DNA of 64,000 nt from Camelus dromedarius (lineage: Eukaryota), in contig NC_087436.1 of NCBI RefSeq assembly GCF_036321535.1, forward strand, positions 114,020,001-114,084,000, written 5' to 3'. Below the pieces are notes generated by a model, which saw only the letters and a program-made list of their open reading frames with translations, did not search any database and was not told the DNA's origin. The translations under genes and the position numbers were made by a program. Each line of letters opens with the position of its first letter. The stretch's first letter is position 1. This document shows positions 49,103-62,719 of this stretch, piece after piece.

Positions 49103-51089
49103 AATTGTGATTTAAAAAATTAATGTAAGAGATTGCATTTATATTTTCAGAAAAACAATTGAAGCGGAATTTAAAGTACAACTTGTATCCTCTGGTACTT
49201 TTATCACTAATGTGCAGCTGTTTTCATTCCTTGCTTTATTCCTTTATCTCTCTACCACTTAGGAAAGATTTATGTTCATGGATTTTGAAATCTATGAGAG
49301 AAGACTATCTGTTAGATGTTTGTTCATGTTCTTGATTGACTCATACATAAATTTTCTTTCAACTTTCATGAAAAGCCTTAAATTAACTATTTAGAGTTTA
49401 AAAAATAACAGGACCTTTTATGGGTCTTTTTACTATGCTGTACATTCTAGTGATCCAGTTCACGCTTACTTTGCAACTGGCAAAATGTCTGCACAAGGGG
49501 GAAGTTTTTTTGTTTGTTTGTTTTTGTTTTTGTTTAAACATTTTTTATTATCGTCATTGTTTGTTTTTGTTTTGTTTTAATTTCCTTCTTCTACCCTTAT
49601 ATATAACTCATCTGGCTGTTGTCCTGGGCCACCTTTTGATGGTGTTATCTTGTTCTCTTAAATATCATTTTAAAAATATGTACATGAATCAAACTTAATT
49701 TTAGTCTTTTTGAGGTAAAATGTCTTACATATGTTAGAAAGCCAATAAATATCTGGCTGAGTTGACATAATTCTAGTTTCCTCACCACTTTCCACTTTGT
49801 AAACATGAGAAAAGAGAAAAGGGTTTGTTATTCTCATATCCATGTCTTAGACTCCATGGGATGGATTCTAAGTGATGACCAAAGATTTCCTCTCATCCCA
49901 CAGGTCTTGAAACTATTTAATAATTACAGCTAATTAAGATAATGGATGTTTGAGCTGAAAATGATAGAGAGATTTGATATCTTTGCCAGTTTTGTTATAA
50001 TTATTAAACTTGTCTCAGGAAGAGAACAAGGATATTGAAACCCTGGGACAAAAACTCAAAGGCAAGGTAAGAAAGAAAGCAGTTGCTGAAACAGAGGTGG
50101 GTGGAGTGTGGAAGGGACAGAGGCTTGGTATGGATGCTAACTATGTCAAAGGAGTATCCAGATAAGAACTTGGTTTTGTCTGATTTTTTTTTTTTCCTGG
50201 CAGATTTTCTACTTCCTTTCTCTTTCCTCCATGTCTTTCTTTATATGTGTTAAGGAATAATTTCTATCCCCTTGTAAGCCTGGGTCTCCATATAAGGGAC
50301 TTGCACTAGACAAAGAGTGTTGATCTCTCTTCTGACTCCCTCTGTTCCCAATAGACAGAGAGATTTATCTGAGTGACGAATATGTGAGAAGAAATGGAGA
50401 AGGCTCTGCTCAGCCCTTTCCAGGGCATGTCTGTAATTGCCTCTCTGTGGCAACAGCTAGGTTGACAAGTCTGTATAACTCTGAAGTGAAAGACAAGCAA
50501 ATCTATTTGACTGTAACCCTAAAGTCATATTCTACCCCAGACTTTCTCTACATCTTATTCTCAGTAATTCTAAACTCAGAATGAGAAAGGGAGTGTTATT
50601 TCTGGTCACCTGAAATCCTAACAATTTCCTTCCTTGTCCTTTGGATTTGAGATGGATTTCAAAATTATATACAAAACAACAAGATTAAACACTAGTAAGC
50701 AGGGAAACAGAAGAGAATAAAATAGTAAGAAGAAATAAAATAAAGCCAGATCTTTTTTCCTATTTATTCATTCAGCATATGTTTGCTGAGAAGCCACAGT
50801 GCCAGGCTTTGATCTAGATAGGGATGTATGGATGGAAAGGCAGGGTTCCTGCTTCATCAACTTTACAGGGCATGTAAACTTCGTATCACACGGTCTTACA
50901 TTTTTCTCTAGAGATGGGGGCAATGTGTGCACTGGTCTTGATAACAGTCACAGAAGATGGGAAGTCATTTTCAATTATGTGACAAACAGGAGTGTTGGCT
51001 AACCAAAGGATTGCTTCTCACCCTAGGTTTCTGGGTGATACTATTGTTTACCACAAGGTTGCCATTGAAACCAGCATTCTCTTTATCAG

Positions 51090-51400
51090 GATACCTAACT
51101 TTTGGCTTCAGTGATTCATCCAGTGGTAGGTATCTAACCCAGACCAGGTCAGCCAGAGTCCTGACTCAATACTTTAGCCTTTTGATACAGGGAATCCAGG
51201 TAATCTCTTGAAGTAGATGAAACTCAAGAGTTGTCAAAAGCCATGGTGCTGGATTAGCAGCAGAGAGGGAAGAGTTACTGAGAGACAAGAGTCCTTCCTC
51301 ATTCTAGCTGTGCCCAATACTGTGTCCATGGCTTGACAGTTGAATAACTCTGTGAAGCATGTCTGCATTCTGCCAATAAGACACTGAGTTTTAAATAAGA
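51090..51400 (+). mobile_element. Possible old MaLR (MLT1J/K-like) fragment
   Basis: 'cagtgattcatccagtggtaggtatctaacccagaccaggtcagccagagtc' resembles an MLT1 core. Confidence 0.4.
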
Positions 51401-54057
51401 CACTGCAGTCATGGAGAAGTAGAACATAGTTGTTTGTTTGAAGCTCTTGAGTTTCACGTGAGATTTTCTACATATATACCTGTCTTATGCACCTCCCTCA
51501 TTAAAAAAAAATTTATCTGTACTAAAATCTGTGACAATTTTGACACAATGAGCAGAAAACCCTATAAATACTGAATTCACCTTTTAACGTGTTTTCAATA
51601 TTCATCATAATACAGCTCTTGTTTCTCTTTTCTTTCTTTTCCAGTCTTGTCTTGTGTTAATTTAAAAAGAGAATCCATTTATTTATTCCTCAGTCATCCA
51701 CCCTAGACCCTCTTAAAAAGGCACCAACTAATGCAAAGCAGTTATTTAACTTTTCAGAACACATCAGAGGCTTAGAATTTCATATCCCTGTATCTGATTT
51801 CTAACTGTCATTAATGTTGATGCTAAACAATCACTCCTTACCCCCAACAATCTTCAGCATTTGGATAATAAATATATCTTGCTTGTGTGATTTAAACCTC
51901 ACTGGGGGCCAGAGATGGAATGAGATCATTGGCTTCCACAACTTGGAAGGAGAGGAAGAAAGATGTTTAGATTAGATAAGATGTCACAGCTCACCCTGTA
52001 GGCGCCATCATTAAAATGACATTTCTGATAAAAGAATGAAGCAATCTGTGAAATCCAGAATGTTCTTCCATCCAGGACACCACATTTCCATGGCAACACT
52101 TGGCCATATTTCACAGGGACTACTTAAGATGCTGATGACAGCCACTGAATGGTTTCTGTTTTGAACTTTCCCAGGTTATTAGGAAACCAAGTAAATTTTC
52201 TCAGGTCTATGATTAAGGAAACAGAAACTGAAATAGATAGGGAAGAGAACTCTTCCTCATATTAAAAGCAAACAACAACAGAAAGAATAAAACAGATTCA
52301 GTGCTCAGAGCTCAGAAGGAAGTGATGAATCCTAGAACACAGCTCTGTTGCAACATCCAGGTACCCCGAAAGCTCTCAGTATTTGACAAATGAAAAAGCT
52401 TAGATAAAGAGCTGTCAGCATTGTAAGTTCCTCACTAGTGATGGTCAGAAGTCCTCACAATTCAAGAAAATCATGGGGATTTACCACAAATCTACATTCT
52501 TTTCTCAGTGGTAACTCTCTTGATCAAAAATCCTCATGGAATGTTGAACAATTGCAATGGAAAGTATTAGACTATTAGCTATGTAAATGAATGGATTTGT
52601 AAGGTAATACAAAAACAGCCTAAATAAACCCAATCAATTTTATTCTTAAAAGAGTGTGCTGCTGTAGTCTATTGATAGTCAATGACCAATTTTGATCAAG
52701 TCAATCAGGACGCAGCTGTTAAAAGTGGAATGTTTTGTGAGGCACCAGCTCCAAGCCTATATCCTACTGAAGGTGATTCAATGTTCCAGTTTCAGTCATT
52801 TTATGAAACAGAATACAACCTCACATAGCCCAATAGACCCAACATTCCAAAATCTGTTCACAGAATTACAATTTATTAGCTATCTCTGGGGTTTTTATGC
52901 CTGTCTCTCAAATTGTTGTGCTCTGCCATCTTCTTGGCAACCATATCGTGCCTTGGGTTCAGTGAGATTTTCTGGAAATTCAACCTCAAAGATGAGGCAG
53001 ATGCTAAATGACTGAGATACACCCTGAGAGCTGGGAGTCTAAAGACAGACATGGAAGCATAAGATATGATGCATGTCCATCAAACTTATGAGTTGTTTCT
53101 GAAATTAGGTTTTCATTTCTACTGCATAGCTCTACAATTCTTTGACAGTTGTGATTCCACTGACATCAGAGTAGTGTAGGAATGGGAATTAGGTGCCATC
53201 TCAAGTCTCCATCTGCTCAATACACATGTCCAGTTTGCTTCTGAGGACCTCTAATTCCTCAAACAAATCAGCAGAGTCAAAGTGTATATTCTCCTTTTAG
53301 AGCATGAGTCTGGTGAGTCCATACCTCTGCCATAGCAGTGTAAAAATGCAATTGAGAGTTTGAACATTTGCCTTGTTCAGAGTCATCTGATTCTCTAAAC
53401 TCCTTAATCTTAAAGAGCAGATCAATTAAACCCCTTCCAAAGTTTTTTTCTTGATTTAGTTATCCATCTATTTTAAATAAAATTATTTCAACTTCTTTCC
53501 AAATTAATAGGCTCAAGCATGCAGAAATTTCCATCTTAATCACTTCTTCCATTAAAATCTTCAGTGAACTAGATTTAAAAAACTCAGAGCTCTGACTCCT
53601 GAAGTTTGGATAGTAGAAACTGGGTCCGTCAGTGCAGTACTGTGACTAACGTTCATTTCATATTCTTCTCCTCCTTCACTGTAGGTTCCCCCAATAATAA
53701 TTGGCTCAGCTTGTCATTGTTCAGACCCAAAAGCTCTGGTTCCTTATGAGAAGGTGGGCTCACATGTTCTTGATTAGTAGATATTTTGAATATGTTGTAG
53801 TATCCTCAGTGCAAATGATTTGGCCTCGTGTTGACCATCCCTCCAGAGTGGTCAGACAGGTGAGTAGGGAAGGACTGGCTGTTGGAATTGAGATTCCTGG
53901 AAATGCCTTTGGCTCACTACATATGCTATGAAACTCTGAGAACCACTCACGCAAATAAAACCTGATAGTGAAAATTCTAAGCCTTGGTTTTGTCAGTTGT
54001 AGAATCTGGAAAACCAGCATGTGAGGAAGCAGTGAGCATCATACCCACTAATTCTGA

Positions 54058-54546
54058 TTTTTTAATTTGAATTATGTCCCCCCCCCAAAAAAATATGTGC
54101 TGAAGTCTTAACACCCAGTACCTATAAAGAGGACCTTATTTGTAAAGAGGTGTTTTGTAGATATAATCAATCTAGCGATGTCAATAGGGTGAACCTAATC
54201 AAGTATGACTGGTGATTTTATATGAAGAGGGAATTTTGGACACCGACACACAGGGAGAACACCATGTGAAGACAGAGAGACACAGATGGAAGACGACTAT
54301 GCAAGGGATGGAGGGAGACACTGAAGTGATACAGCTACTAGCCAAGTAATGCCAAGGATTGCCCATAGCCACAAGAGGCTGGAAGAGAGGCATGGAGCAA
54401 ATTATTCCTAAGAGTCTCCAAAAGGAGCCAATCTTGCCTACACCTTGATTTTGGACTTCCAGCTTCCTGAACAGTGAGACAATAAGTTTCGGTTGTTTTA
54501 AGCCACTAGGTTTGTGGCATCATGGCAGCCCTTGGAAACAAATGCA
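54058..54546 (+). mobile_element. MLT1C-like MaLR solo LTR
   Basis: 'gaattatgtcccc...gaccttatttg...tatgactggtg...gccaaggattgcc...caccttgattttggacttccagcttcctgaacagtgagacaataagtttcggttgttttaagccact...ggcagccct'. Confidence 0.9.
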
Positions 54547-55169
54547 CCTGCCAAGGGACAAAGTTGCTAGAAGCAGGTAGAGAGAATCCACTCTTGGGGG
54601 GATTTTTATGTCAAACAGTAGAAGTTAAGCCACAGTACATTGAAATCTAGGCTGTAATAAGGACAAGCAGATTATACACCACCAACATTCTCCCCTCATT
54701 AATATTTTCCTAAAGGAATATAACTCTCAAACCCACCAGTCCCCTGCTCCCACCTTCTCCAATATGCGCAGGTGTCTTCACTTATCTACCTTCCTGCTTA
54801 TAGTTTTCTTTTTACATTTTCAAACTAACTGTACCCTCAACCAAACTTTGTCTTCTACTATCCCTTGTCACTTTAACTGAAGCACAGATGGATTACTATT
54901 GTAGCCAAAATTTCACTTCATTATCTTTTATTTGTCCTTCCAAATAGCATGTCCAGGGTCCCACCCACTCTCATATCTCACTCACTCTTTGAAATGCCTG
55001 TTTTAACACTTTTCTAGCTACAAGGAAGCAGGTAGCTTACTTTGCTATCTAAAGTGTTTTCACCAATCCCTGAATGTTTATTTCTTTGCTGAGAAAAGAA
55101 GCTAAGAGAAAGGGGAAATGGAAGCTTCTTTTCCTATTAGCTGAAGAGTGAGCCTTGATGGATCCAAGG

Positions 55170-55410
55170 TTCCTTAAAGAAAATAACAGTAGTGGGATTC
55201 AGACAATGTGGTTCTGAATTCCTGCTCCGCCACTGACTAGCACCGTACTGCTGGATGGACTGCGTAATTCACACATGCCCCAACTGCCAGACTGTAAGAT
55301 GGGGTAACAGTGCTGCTTAACTTAAAGAATTGTTGTGAAGGTAAATTAATTAATCATGTGTGTTTACTTGATGCCTGATCCTTAGTAAGGACCCAGTAAA
55401 CATTAGCTCT
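55170..55410 (+). mobile_element. MIR
   Basis: 'tctgaattcctgctccgccactgactagc...ctgtaagatggggtaacag...ttgttgtgaaggtaaatt...cagtaaacattagct'. Confidence 0.65.
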
Positions 55411-56209
55411 TCTTTTTTGTCTCCTGTATTTTTGGTAAATATTTCATTTTTACAATAATGCATTCACCGAGTTGTGTCTAGTCCTTGTTTAACTTGGACT
55501 TTTGCATAAAGACTTATTTTTTATGCAGTCTCTTAATAAGAAATTGAGGTAGTGAAACTGAAGTATAAATCTAATGAAAAATAAATAAAATAAAATCAAT
55601 GCCAATAAATCTTGATAGACTGTTAAAAAAAATCTTGCTGCAATTGATTTTACACCTGCATTTTATGAAGCATATTTCATTGTTTTAAGTATTCAATTAC
55701 ATAGGAAAGACACACAAGTACAGGCTGATAGTTATAACTAGAAATAGCAGTAAATCCACATATAAGAAAGCTTTCAAAGCTACTGTCAAAGCACTTCCTT
55801 TATGTCTGAGATTCTTCATCTTAGAAAGAAAAGGAAAGAAAACTTTGAGGAATATGCTTGAGGTCAGCTATATTCATTGGCATGAAATATATGACATGAG
55901 AATGGAAGAAAGGAGTCCAATATGTCAAGGCAATTCTGGCTGTGGTCACTATACAAGCTCAACATATAGTATGGACATAAGTTTATTGAGTGAATACTTG
56001 GCCCCTAGTAGGATGCAGAAAACATAAATGTGGCAATTTACTCTCAAGAAGATAATTTTTAGTCTTAGTTTGAGTATATTAAGTCCAAAGGAATTTTATT
56101 TGTTTTGTGTTTTGAGGTTTATTTTTTCTCCCTTTATTTATTTTTTCTTTGGAGGAGACCCTATTACATATTATTTAGCACTTAAATGATTTAAACTTAT
56201 TAATGATTG

Positions 56210-56316
56210 GAAGAATGGGTGGATGACTGGATGTATGGATAGTAGGGTGGATAGCAGGATGAATAGTAGGATGGATAGATGGATGATAGGATGGGAGGTA
56301 CATGGATAGATGGATA
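56210..56316. repeat. Degenerate (GGAT)n repeat
   Basis: Directly visible. Confidence 0.8.
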
Positions 56317-59239
56317 TATTCATAAAAATCTGGTTTCTCCAAACAGTCTAAAAGATAAAAACCATATATTTGGAACTTAGAAGGCACTCAAGATCTTGCC
56401 TGACTATTGCCTGACTAACTCAATCTTATAGCTCCCTTTATTCTCCTGTATGTATAGTAAATTCTGCACCAGAAAAGCATCAAAGTTGGCTGCTTATAGA
56501 CTCCCATCTGGCATGTATCTGACTGTCTTCTACAAACACAAGGTGATAGGAGCCAGCGTCGGGGCAGACAGATTCAGCTCAGCAAGGTCTACTCCCCAGA
56601 AGAGATGAAAATGCAGGACGTAGAAGTAGTGAAGAGGGCATGCTCGTTTCCCCACCAAAAGGCACTTAAATGGAGTGAGGCAAGCATGAGACTTAAAATG
56701 AGGAGACGTGAGTTAGTTCTTGTATATTGCCTGCTTGCTGTATGATAGTGGGCGGTTTCCTTAGCTATCCTGAGTCTCATTTTTCTCAAATGTAAACTGG
56801 GAAATATGCCTTCTTAGAGAAATCAATCAAAGGACACTCATGAGCTTGTGCAATAAAGTTTAAAGTGCCCCACGGATTTAGTCAACATCCCTATCAGATG
56901 CACTATGAAAGGTCAACTTTGTAAATTGTAAAAAAAGTGTAAAAGGTGAGAGAACTTCCCCAGATCACTGAGGCCTAGAGACATGTGACTTCCCAGGACA
57001 ACATGTTTCTGTTGAACACATCTTTCAATCTTTTGTTCTTGAAGCAGCTTGGATAAAATACAATTAAACAACAAGGCTTGAAAGCAAAATTATCAACAAA
57101 GGCATATTTCAACGTATCTACCGCTTGCAAATCAAATCGTGTTTTTACTAAGTAATGAGGGAAGTGCTTTTTTCCTGGAAAAACCCCACCAGCCACAGTT
57201 TCATCTGTGCCTGGAATCTCAGATGCTATGTAGAACATAAATACATTATAAAACATGAGTTTGCCTCCCCTCAGTGCAGCTTTATTGCATATTTATGCCT
57301 GTGGCTCCACTGTGCTTCTGAGACAGGAGATATGCTTGTTTACTGTTTGGACTGAGTCCATTGCCACTCACCTGTGCTGAGCTTAATCTGGCAGCCCCCT
57401 TCCAAGCTCAGTAAAGTTTCTTTTTTTTTTTCTTTTTTTTTTTTTTTTTGAGCCAGAAGGAGGCTGGGGAGTCTGCATAAATCCAACGACTTCACATCAA
57501 GCATTGGCAGGAAGAATGTACTGAGCTCTGAGGCCTTTCCAGAGCTTGCAGGATCAAAAATGGGAGGGCAATATCGCAGATGCACAGCGTCACAAAAGAC
57601 AGCCTCCAAATCACACATGCTAATCAGAATGCCTGAAGGTTGGCAGAACACAGGCAGCAATTTCTCTTCCACCGATCTCCACTCAACTTTTCTGGGGAAC
57701 CAACAGGGAGATGGTGGATCTGACTATTAATGAATCAGGACACACTTTATTGGTCGTAAAACACATTTGTCTTGGTAATTTACATGAGTTAGTACCACGC
57801 TTCCAAACCTTGCTACAGAATCTAGTAAGCATTCATTTTAATGAGCTAACACCTCCCAGAACAACTCATACTTTTTTACGGTGTTTATTACATATTGTCA
57901 TAAACACTATTAAATGATGGGACCATTTGCAAACTGAAAAAAAAAAATGTTCATCATTAGAACAAGAAAGAATCTTAAGAGACACCCATTCCAGCAGCTC
58001 TTTCTCTGTTGGACACAGAAGAAATTCTGTTGATATTCTATGCTTCATCCTAGCTAAACGGAAGTCCAGAGATTTGCACATCAGCCAGAGTCCTGGAAGT
58101 CTGGGATGGGAAGGATGGGGCCTTGCAATAAAGAAGGCAGCGGCAGAGAGAAAAATTAACTTTGACAACAGACAACTAAGTTAGCAGCCCTTAGGAGCTA
58201 GAAAATAGGATCTAAGACATGAGCAGAATGGAAGTAATGTACCAGAAATCCAACCTTAAGAGTGGCTAGAAGAGTGGCTGGAGTGGAGAGACTCCCTGAA
58301 TAAATGAAACACTGCACTAGACACATTTTCTATCAGATCAAGCCCTTGGCTACGTGGCAGGAAGCTCTGCCAACTTGGACTTTGTCTTTCCATAAAAATT
58401 ATTAATAATACCCTGCCTCTCAATGTACATGTCCACCTGCAATTGGAATAAACAGGTTTTATAGGCCCTTTTCGATGTGGTTTCTCTCTAGGACTTTCTG
58501 AAATGTTGATATTTTCCCTCCTCCACATTTTCACTAACTGACCATCCTCTAAGCTCCTGCCTTTCTCAGAATCAGTCTGGCATGTTGATTTAAAAACACA
58601 GACTCTTGATCCAAATCACAGACCTAAACATACTAGCCATTTTTCCCTTGGGAGACTTACCTAAACTCCATGTCCTCATCAACTGGGAACAATGATAATA
58701 ACTACCTTTAGAGGTAGTGTGAGGATTGAGTTAAAATATGCCAGGTCTTTATAACAGTGCCTAATAATTAATGAATGGTATTTCGGTGTTTCTAATACTT
58801 ATTGATATTCATTACGTATCTTCTCCCCCTCTATAGTCTAGAGCTAGCCATGTGGAGTAAGGCAAGAATAACAGGCTGAGATAAAAAAAGAAATGTTAAC
58901 GTAATTTCCAGCTAAGTATTGTTGATTTTTTTAACATGGCATTTTAAAATAAGGGATAATTAGGCATATTGGTATAAATAACTGGAAAGCTTTTGAATGC
59001 AGACTGACACAAGTGTGTTAAATTGGAGACGCAAATCATATGAACAATATGGTCATCATTAATGTGATTTTTCAAAATGGTGATCAGTAATATTACTCAG
59101 AATAAAATCCTGAAAAAGAAAAGTACAATTACTTATTGATTTGCACATTCATTTCATTCTTGGAAATTTAAGGTATAACAAAAAGGAAAAAAAATTCTTC
59201 AGGATTTTATGAAAAAAAAAAACAGATATACTTTCTGGA

Positions 59240-59485
59240 TTCAACCAATGTAATCAGGTTTTATTTCACTCACATGAATGATAGAATGAACATTCAAAGT
59301 CATGCAGAGCATAGAACAATTCTTTATTGTGTGGGAGGGACAATCCAATGCATCACAAGATGTTAGCCTCCGTCGGCCCTGCCTACTGAATAACAGTAGC
59401 TCTTTTCCCTCATTCATCATGATAATGAAAAAAAAAAATCCCCACAAATTTTCAAAATGTCTCTGAAGGTAAACCATTGACTTAA
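59240..59485 (-). mobile_element. MER20/MER20B-like hAT fragment
   Basis: 'acaattctttattgtgtggg...ccaatgcatcacaagatgttagc...ccctgcctactgaa...cacaaattttcaaaatgtc'. Confidence 0.6.
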
Positions 59486-59489
59486 AGAA

Positions 59490-59960
59490 TGTCCAGGACT
59501 GGGAGGAAGTTTACTGATAGAGGGAAAGCCATGAGCATTTGCCCAGGTCGTTTTTACAGAGTAATACAGGACCAGGAACAAAATCCAGGGAAATGCAAAC
59601 ATTTGATGGACAAGAAAGGGTGAGAAGCAGCCCGGAAAGACTGGGAAAAGACAGACAGACAGAGGACCAGGACCAAGGTGAAAGATGAAGATGGAAAGAC
59701 AGTTTTCTAAAGAAGAGAATAGTCAACCGTGTCAAATGGCGTCAATTAGGTGAAATGAGGGGCTGATGTATGTCCACTGAATCTGAAAATTAAGAGATCA
59801 TTTTGAACTGTCCCAAGGCTGTCAGTGCTGCCTTTGTGGGTAGAGAACATATTGTAGCCAATTTAAAACTGAACTTCAAGAACTAGAGACAGTTTACTGT
59901 CAACTCTTTCTGAAGGCCTCAGTGAGGGGGAGGGGGACAGGGGATAAAATTGATGTGGCT
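59490..59960 (-). mobile_element. L2 fragment
   Basis: 'gaaatgcaaacatttgatgg...gtcaaccgtgtcaaatg...gtgaaatgagggg...tgtccactgaatctg...gagatcatt'. Confidence 0.65.
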
Positions 59961-60115
59961 TGTTGGATCAAACTACCTGAGTTTTCATTCAAATTATTTC
60001 ACATTTCTTTTAAGAACCTTACCTATTCATGTGTGTGAAGTGCAGAGAAATGTCTGTCTTAAAGCAAAGCTGCAGATTTGTTTTTGTTTGTTTTTAAAAC
60101 CAAAGACATTTCAGA

Positions 60116-61019
60116 CCTAAACAAGCAATTCTCCAAGGAAGACATACAAATGATCAAGAGGCACATGAAAAAATGCTCCATATCACTAATTATCAGAGAA
60201 ATGCAAATCAAAACTACAATGAGGTATCACCTCACACCAGTCAGAATGGCCATCATTCAAAAGTCCACAAATGACAAATGCTGGAGAGGCTGTGGAGAAA
60301 GGGGAACCCTCCTACACTGCTGGTGGGAATGCAGTTTGGTGCAGCCATTGTGGAAAACAGTATGGAGATTCCTCAAAAGACTAGGAATAGACTTACCATA
60401 TGACCCAGGAATCCCGCTCCTGGGAATATATCCAGAAGGAACCCTACTTCAGGATGACACCTGCACCCCAATGTTCATAGCAGCATTATTTACAATAGCC
60501 AAGACATGGAAACAGCCTAAATGTCCATCAACAGATGACTGGATAAAGAAGACATGGTATATTTATACGAGGAATACTACTCAGCCATAAAAACCAACAA
60601 CATAATGCCATTTGCAGCAACATGGATGCTCCTGGAGAATGTCATTCTAAGTGAAGTAAGCCAGAAAGAGAAAGAAAAATACCATATGAGATTGCTCATA
60701 TGTGGAATCTAAAAAAAAAAAAAAAAAAAAGCATAAATACAAAACAGAAATAGACTCACAGACATAGAATACAAACTTGTGGTTGCCAAGGGGGCAGGGG
60801 GTGGGAAGAGATAGACTGGGATTTCAAAACTGTAGAATAGATAAACAAGATTATGCTGTATAGCACAGGGAAATATATACAAGATCTTACGGTAGCTCAC
60901 AGAGAAAAAAAATGTGACAATGAATATATATGTTCATGTATAACTGAAAAATTGTGCTCTACATTGGAATTTGACACAACATTGTAAAATGATTATAAAT
61001 CAATAAAAAATGTTTAAAA
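60116..61019 (+). mobile_element. Young 5'-truncated L1 (ORF2 C-terminal CCHC region and 3' UTR), 14-bp TSD aaagacatttcaga
   Basis: ORF 60078-60590 is L1 ORF2p ([19 protein letters not shown]...[31 protein letters not shown]). Poly(A) signal and A-rich tail present. TSD at 60102-60115 and 61020-61033. Confidence 0.97.
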
Positions 61020-61970
61020 AAAGACATTTCAGATTTCAACAAGAGAGACTTTTTCTTGAACATGTTCTACAAAAGGAAGGTGACCATATATAGAACTTAT
61101 GCTCTTCTTGAAGTCCCTGTCAATGTCTTTAGGCATGTTCTGCATACAAGCACAGTTCACATAAACAACAGCACATTCCTTTCTATTTCCCCGCCATTTG
61201 CCAAGCTGGCACTTTCTCTGTTTCTTTCCAGGAGAATGAGGTCAACACTGCTTTGTCTAAAACCACTAGGGCTTCCCCCAGTAAGTGTTCATAGCCTCAG
61301 AAATGTCAACAATTTCTGGGCTGTGGAGAGTCTGGTTGTCAACTTTTGTCTTCAGCTTTGCAGTTGAAGTGGAAAAGAAGAGCATCTTCTGAATATTATT
61401 TTAAGGATGGAAGAGACGTGAACGTGTTAAATGCTGAAGAGGACAAGGTAAAGGGCTGATAAATGAAAGTTAAAGGGGTTAATTGTTGGAATAAGAACTT
61501 CAGTAAAGCTAGAGGGAAGGGAACCAAAATGTCCACTTGAGATAGAGGGAGAGACCCCTTCCTCATTCAACAGGAGGGAAAAAGAAAAGTGTAGTCACGG
61601 CGATAGTGATGAGTGAAGGAATCGAAGAGGAAATGAGACTTTTCAGAAGTTCATGTACAGGTCCATATCACTTAAGATGCTTTAACAGATGCCCCAAGAA
61701 AATTTGAGTTAAGTAATAAAGATATTTATTTAAAAAGTAAAAAAAAAAAAAATCTTGATTTAATAATAATAATGTCAAGTAATTTATACGGTTATCTTAA
61801 AATGACCCTAAAATCTCACTCTTAGTTGCTTAGAAAGCAGGTCAGCTGGGGTGAGGGACTGGAAAGTGGTTGCAACCTTCTCCAAGTGGGAGGAGCAGTG
61901 TTTGGCTAATTCCTGTGTGGTGGGACAACTGGCTCCTTCCCCCTAGTACTCCCAGGGAATTTCTGTAAAT

Positions 61971-62140
61971 CAATGGTTTTCATTAGATGATCTACAGTCC
62001 ATGGACCAGCAGCAGCGGCAACATCATTTGGGAGCATGTTAGACATGCAGATTCTCAGACCCCATCTCACACTGCTGAATTGGAAACCCTAAGGGTTTAG
62101 TAATCTGTATCTAACAAGCTAATGCTTGAGATCCACTGCT
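61971..62140. mobile_element. MER5A (hAT-Charlie)
   Basis: 'ggaccagcagcagcggcaacatcatttgggagcatgttagacatgcagattctcagacccca...aatctgtatctaacaagct...ttgagatccactgct'. Confidence 0.8.
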
Positions 62141-62719
62141 GTAAACAGCTGATGCCCCAAATCCAGATGCAGAGACCAGATCAGTGAGGATTTCAAAGGC
62201 AATTATTAAGACTTTATAGAGACAAAGCAGGGGAACAGCTCTGTGTGATACCCACGTCATGTTCCTAGTACCCACCCTCCAGGAGCCATTTCAAATGAAT
62301 CCTCAAATTTAATTAGGAAAAGTGAAGGTTTCTGGGGTTTAGCAAATGTAGCACAAATTTGATCAATCACAAGGGTGTGCACAGGAACACTGCAGAGACA
62401 ATGTCCTACAGGTCACGCTGATTCAGTTTTTACCTGATAATTTGCCTCAACATTCTAAAGCTCAGAAATTGATCATAGTGTGAGAACATGAGACAGACCC
62501 AGACTGGTGGAGCAGCTCCACCTTGGACTAGCTGTGAGATCTGGTGTATTTTAACCTCTGAACTTCACTTTTTTCATAAAGCTCATAATACTGAACATTT
62601 GAATTTACTGTGAGAAAAGCAGGACAATGTGTATTATACTTAGTGGAGTGTTTGAGATGTCATAATAACTCAATAAGTGATATCCTAAAAGCTCATTGCT
62701 GTATCTTTTTTGTTGAGAT

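Noticed and set aside
60078..60590. 170-aa ORF as a host gene
   Set aside because: It is truncated L1 ORF2p, and the listed start codon lies outside the insertion.
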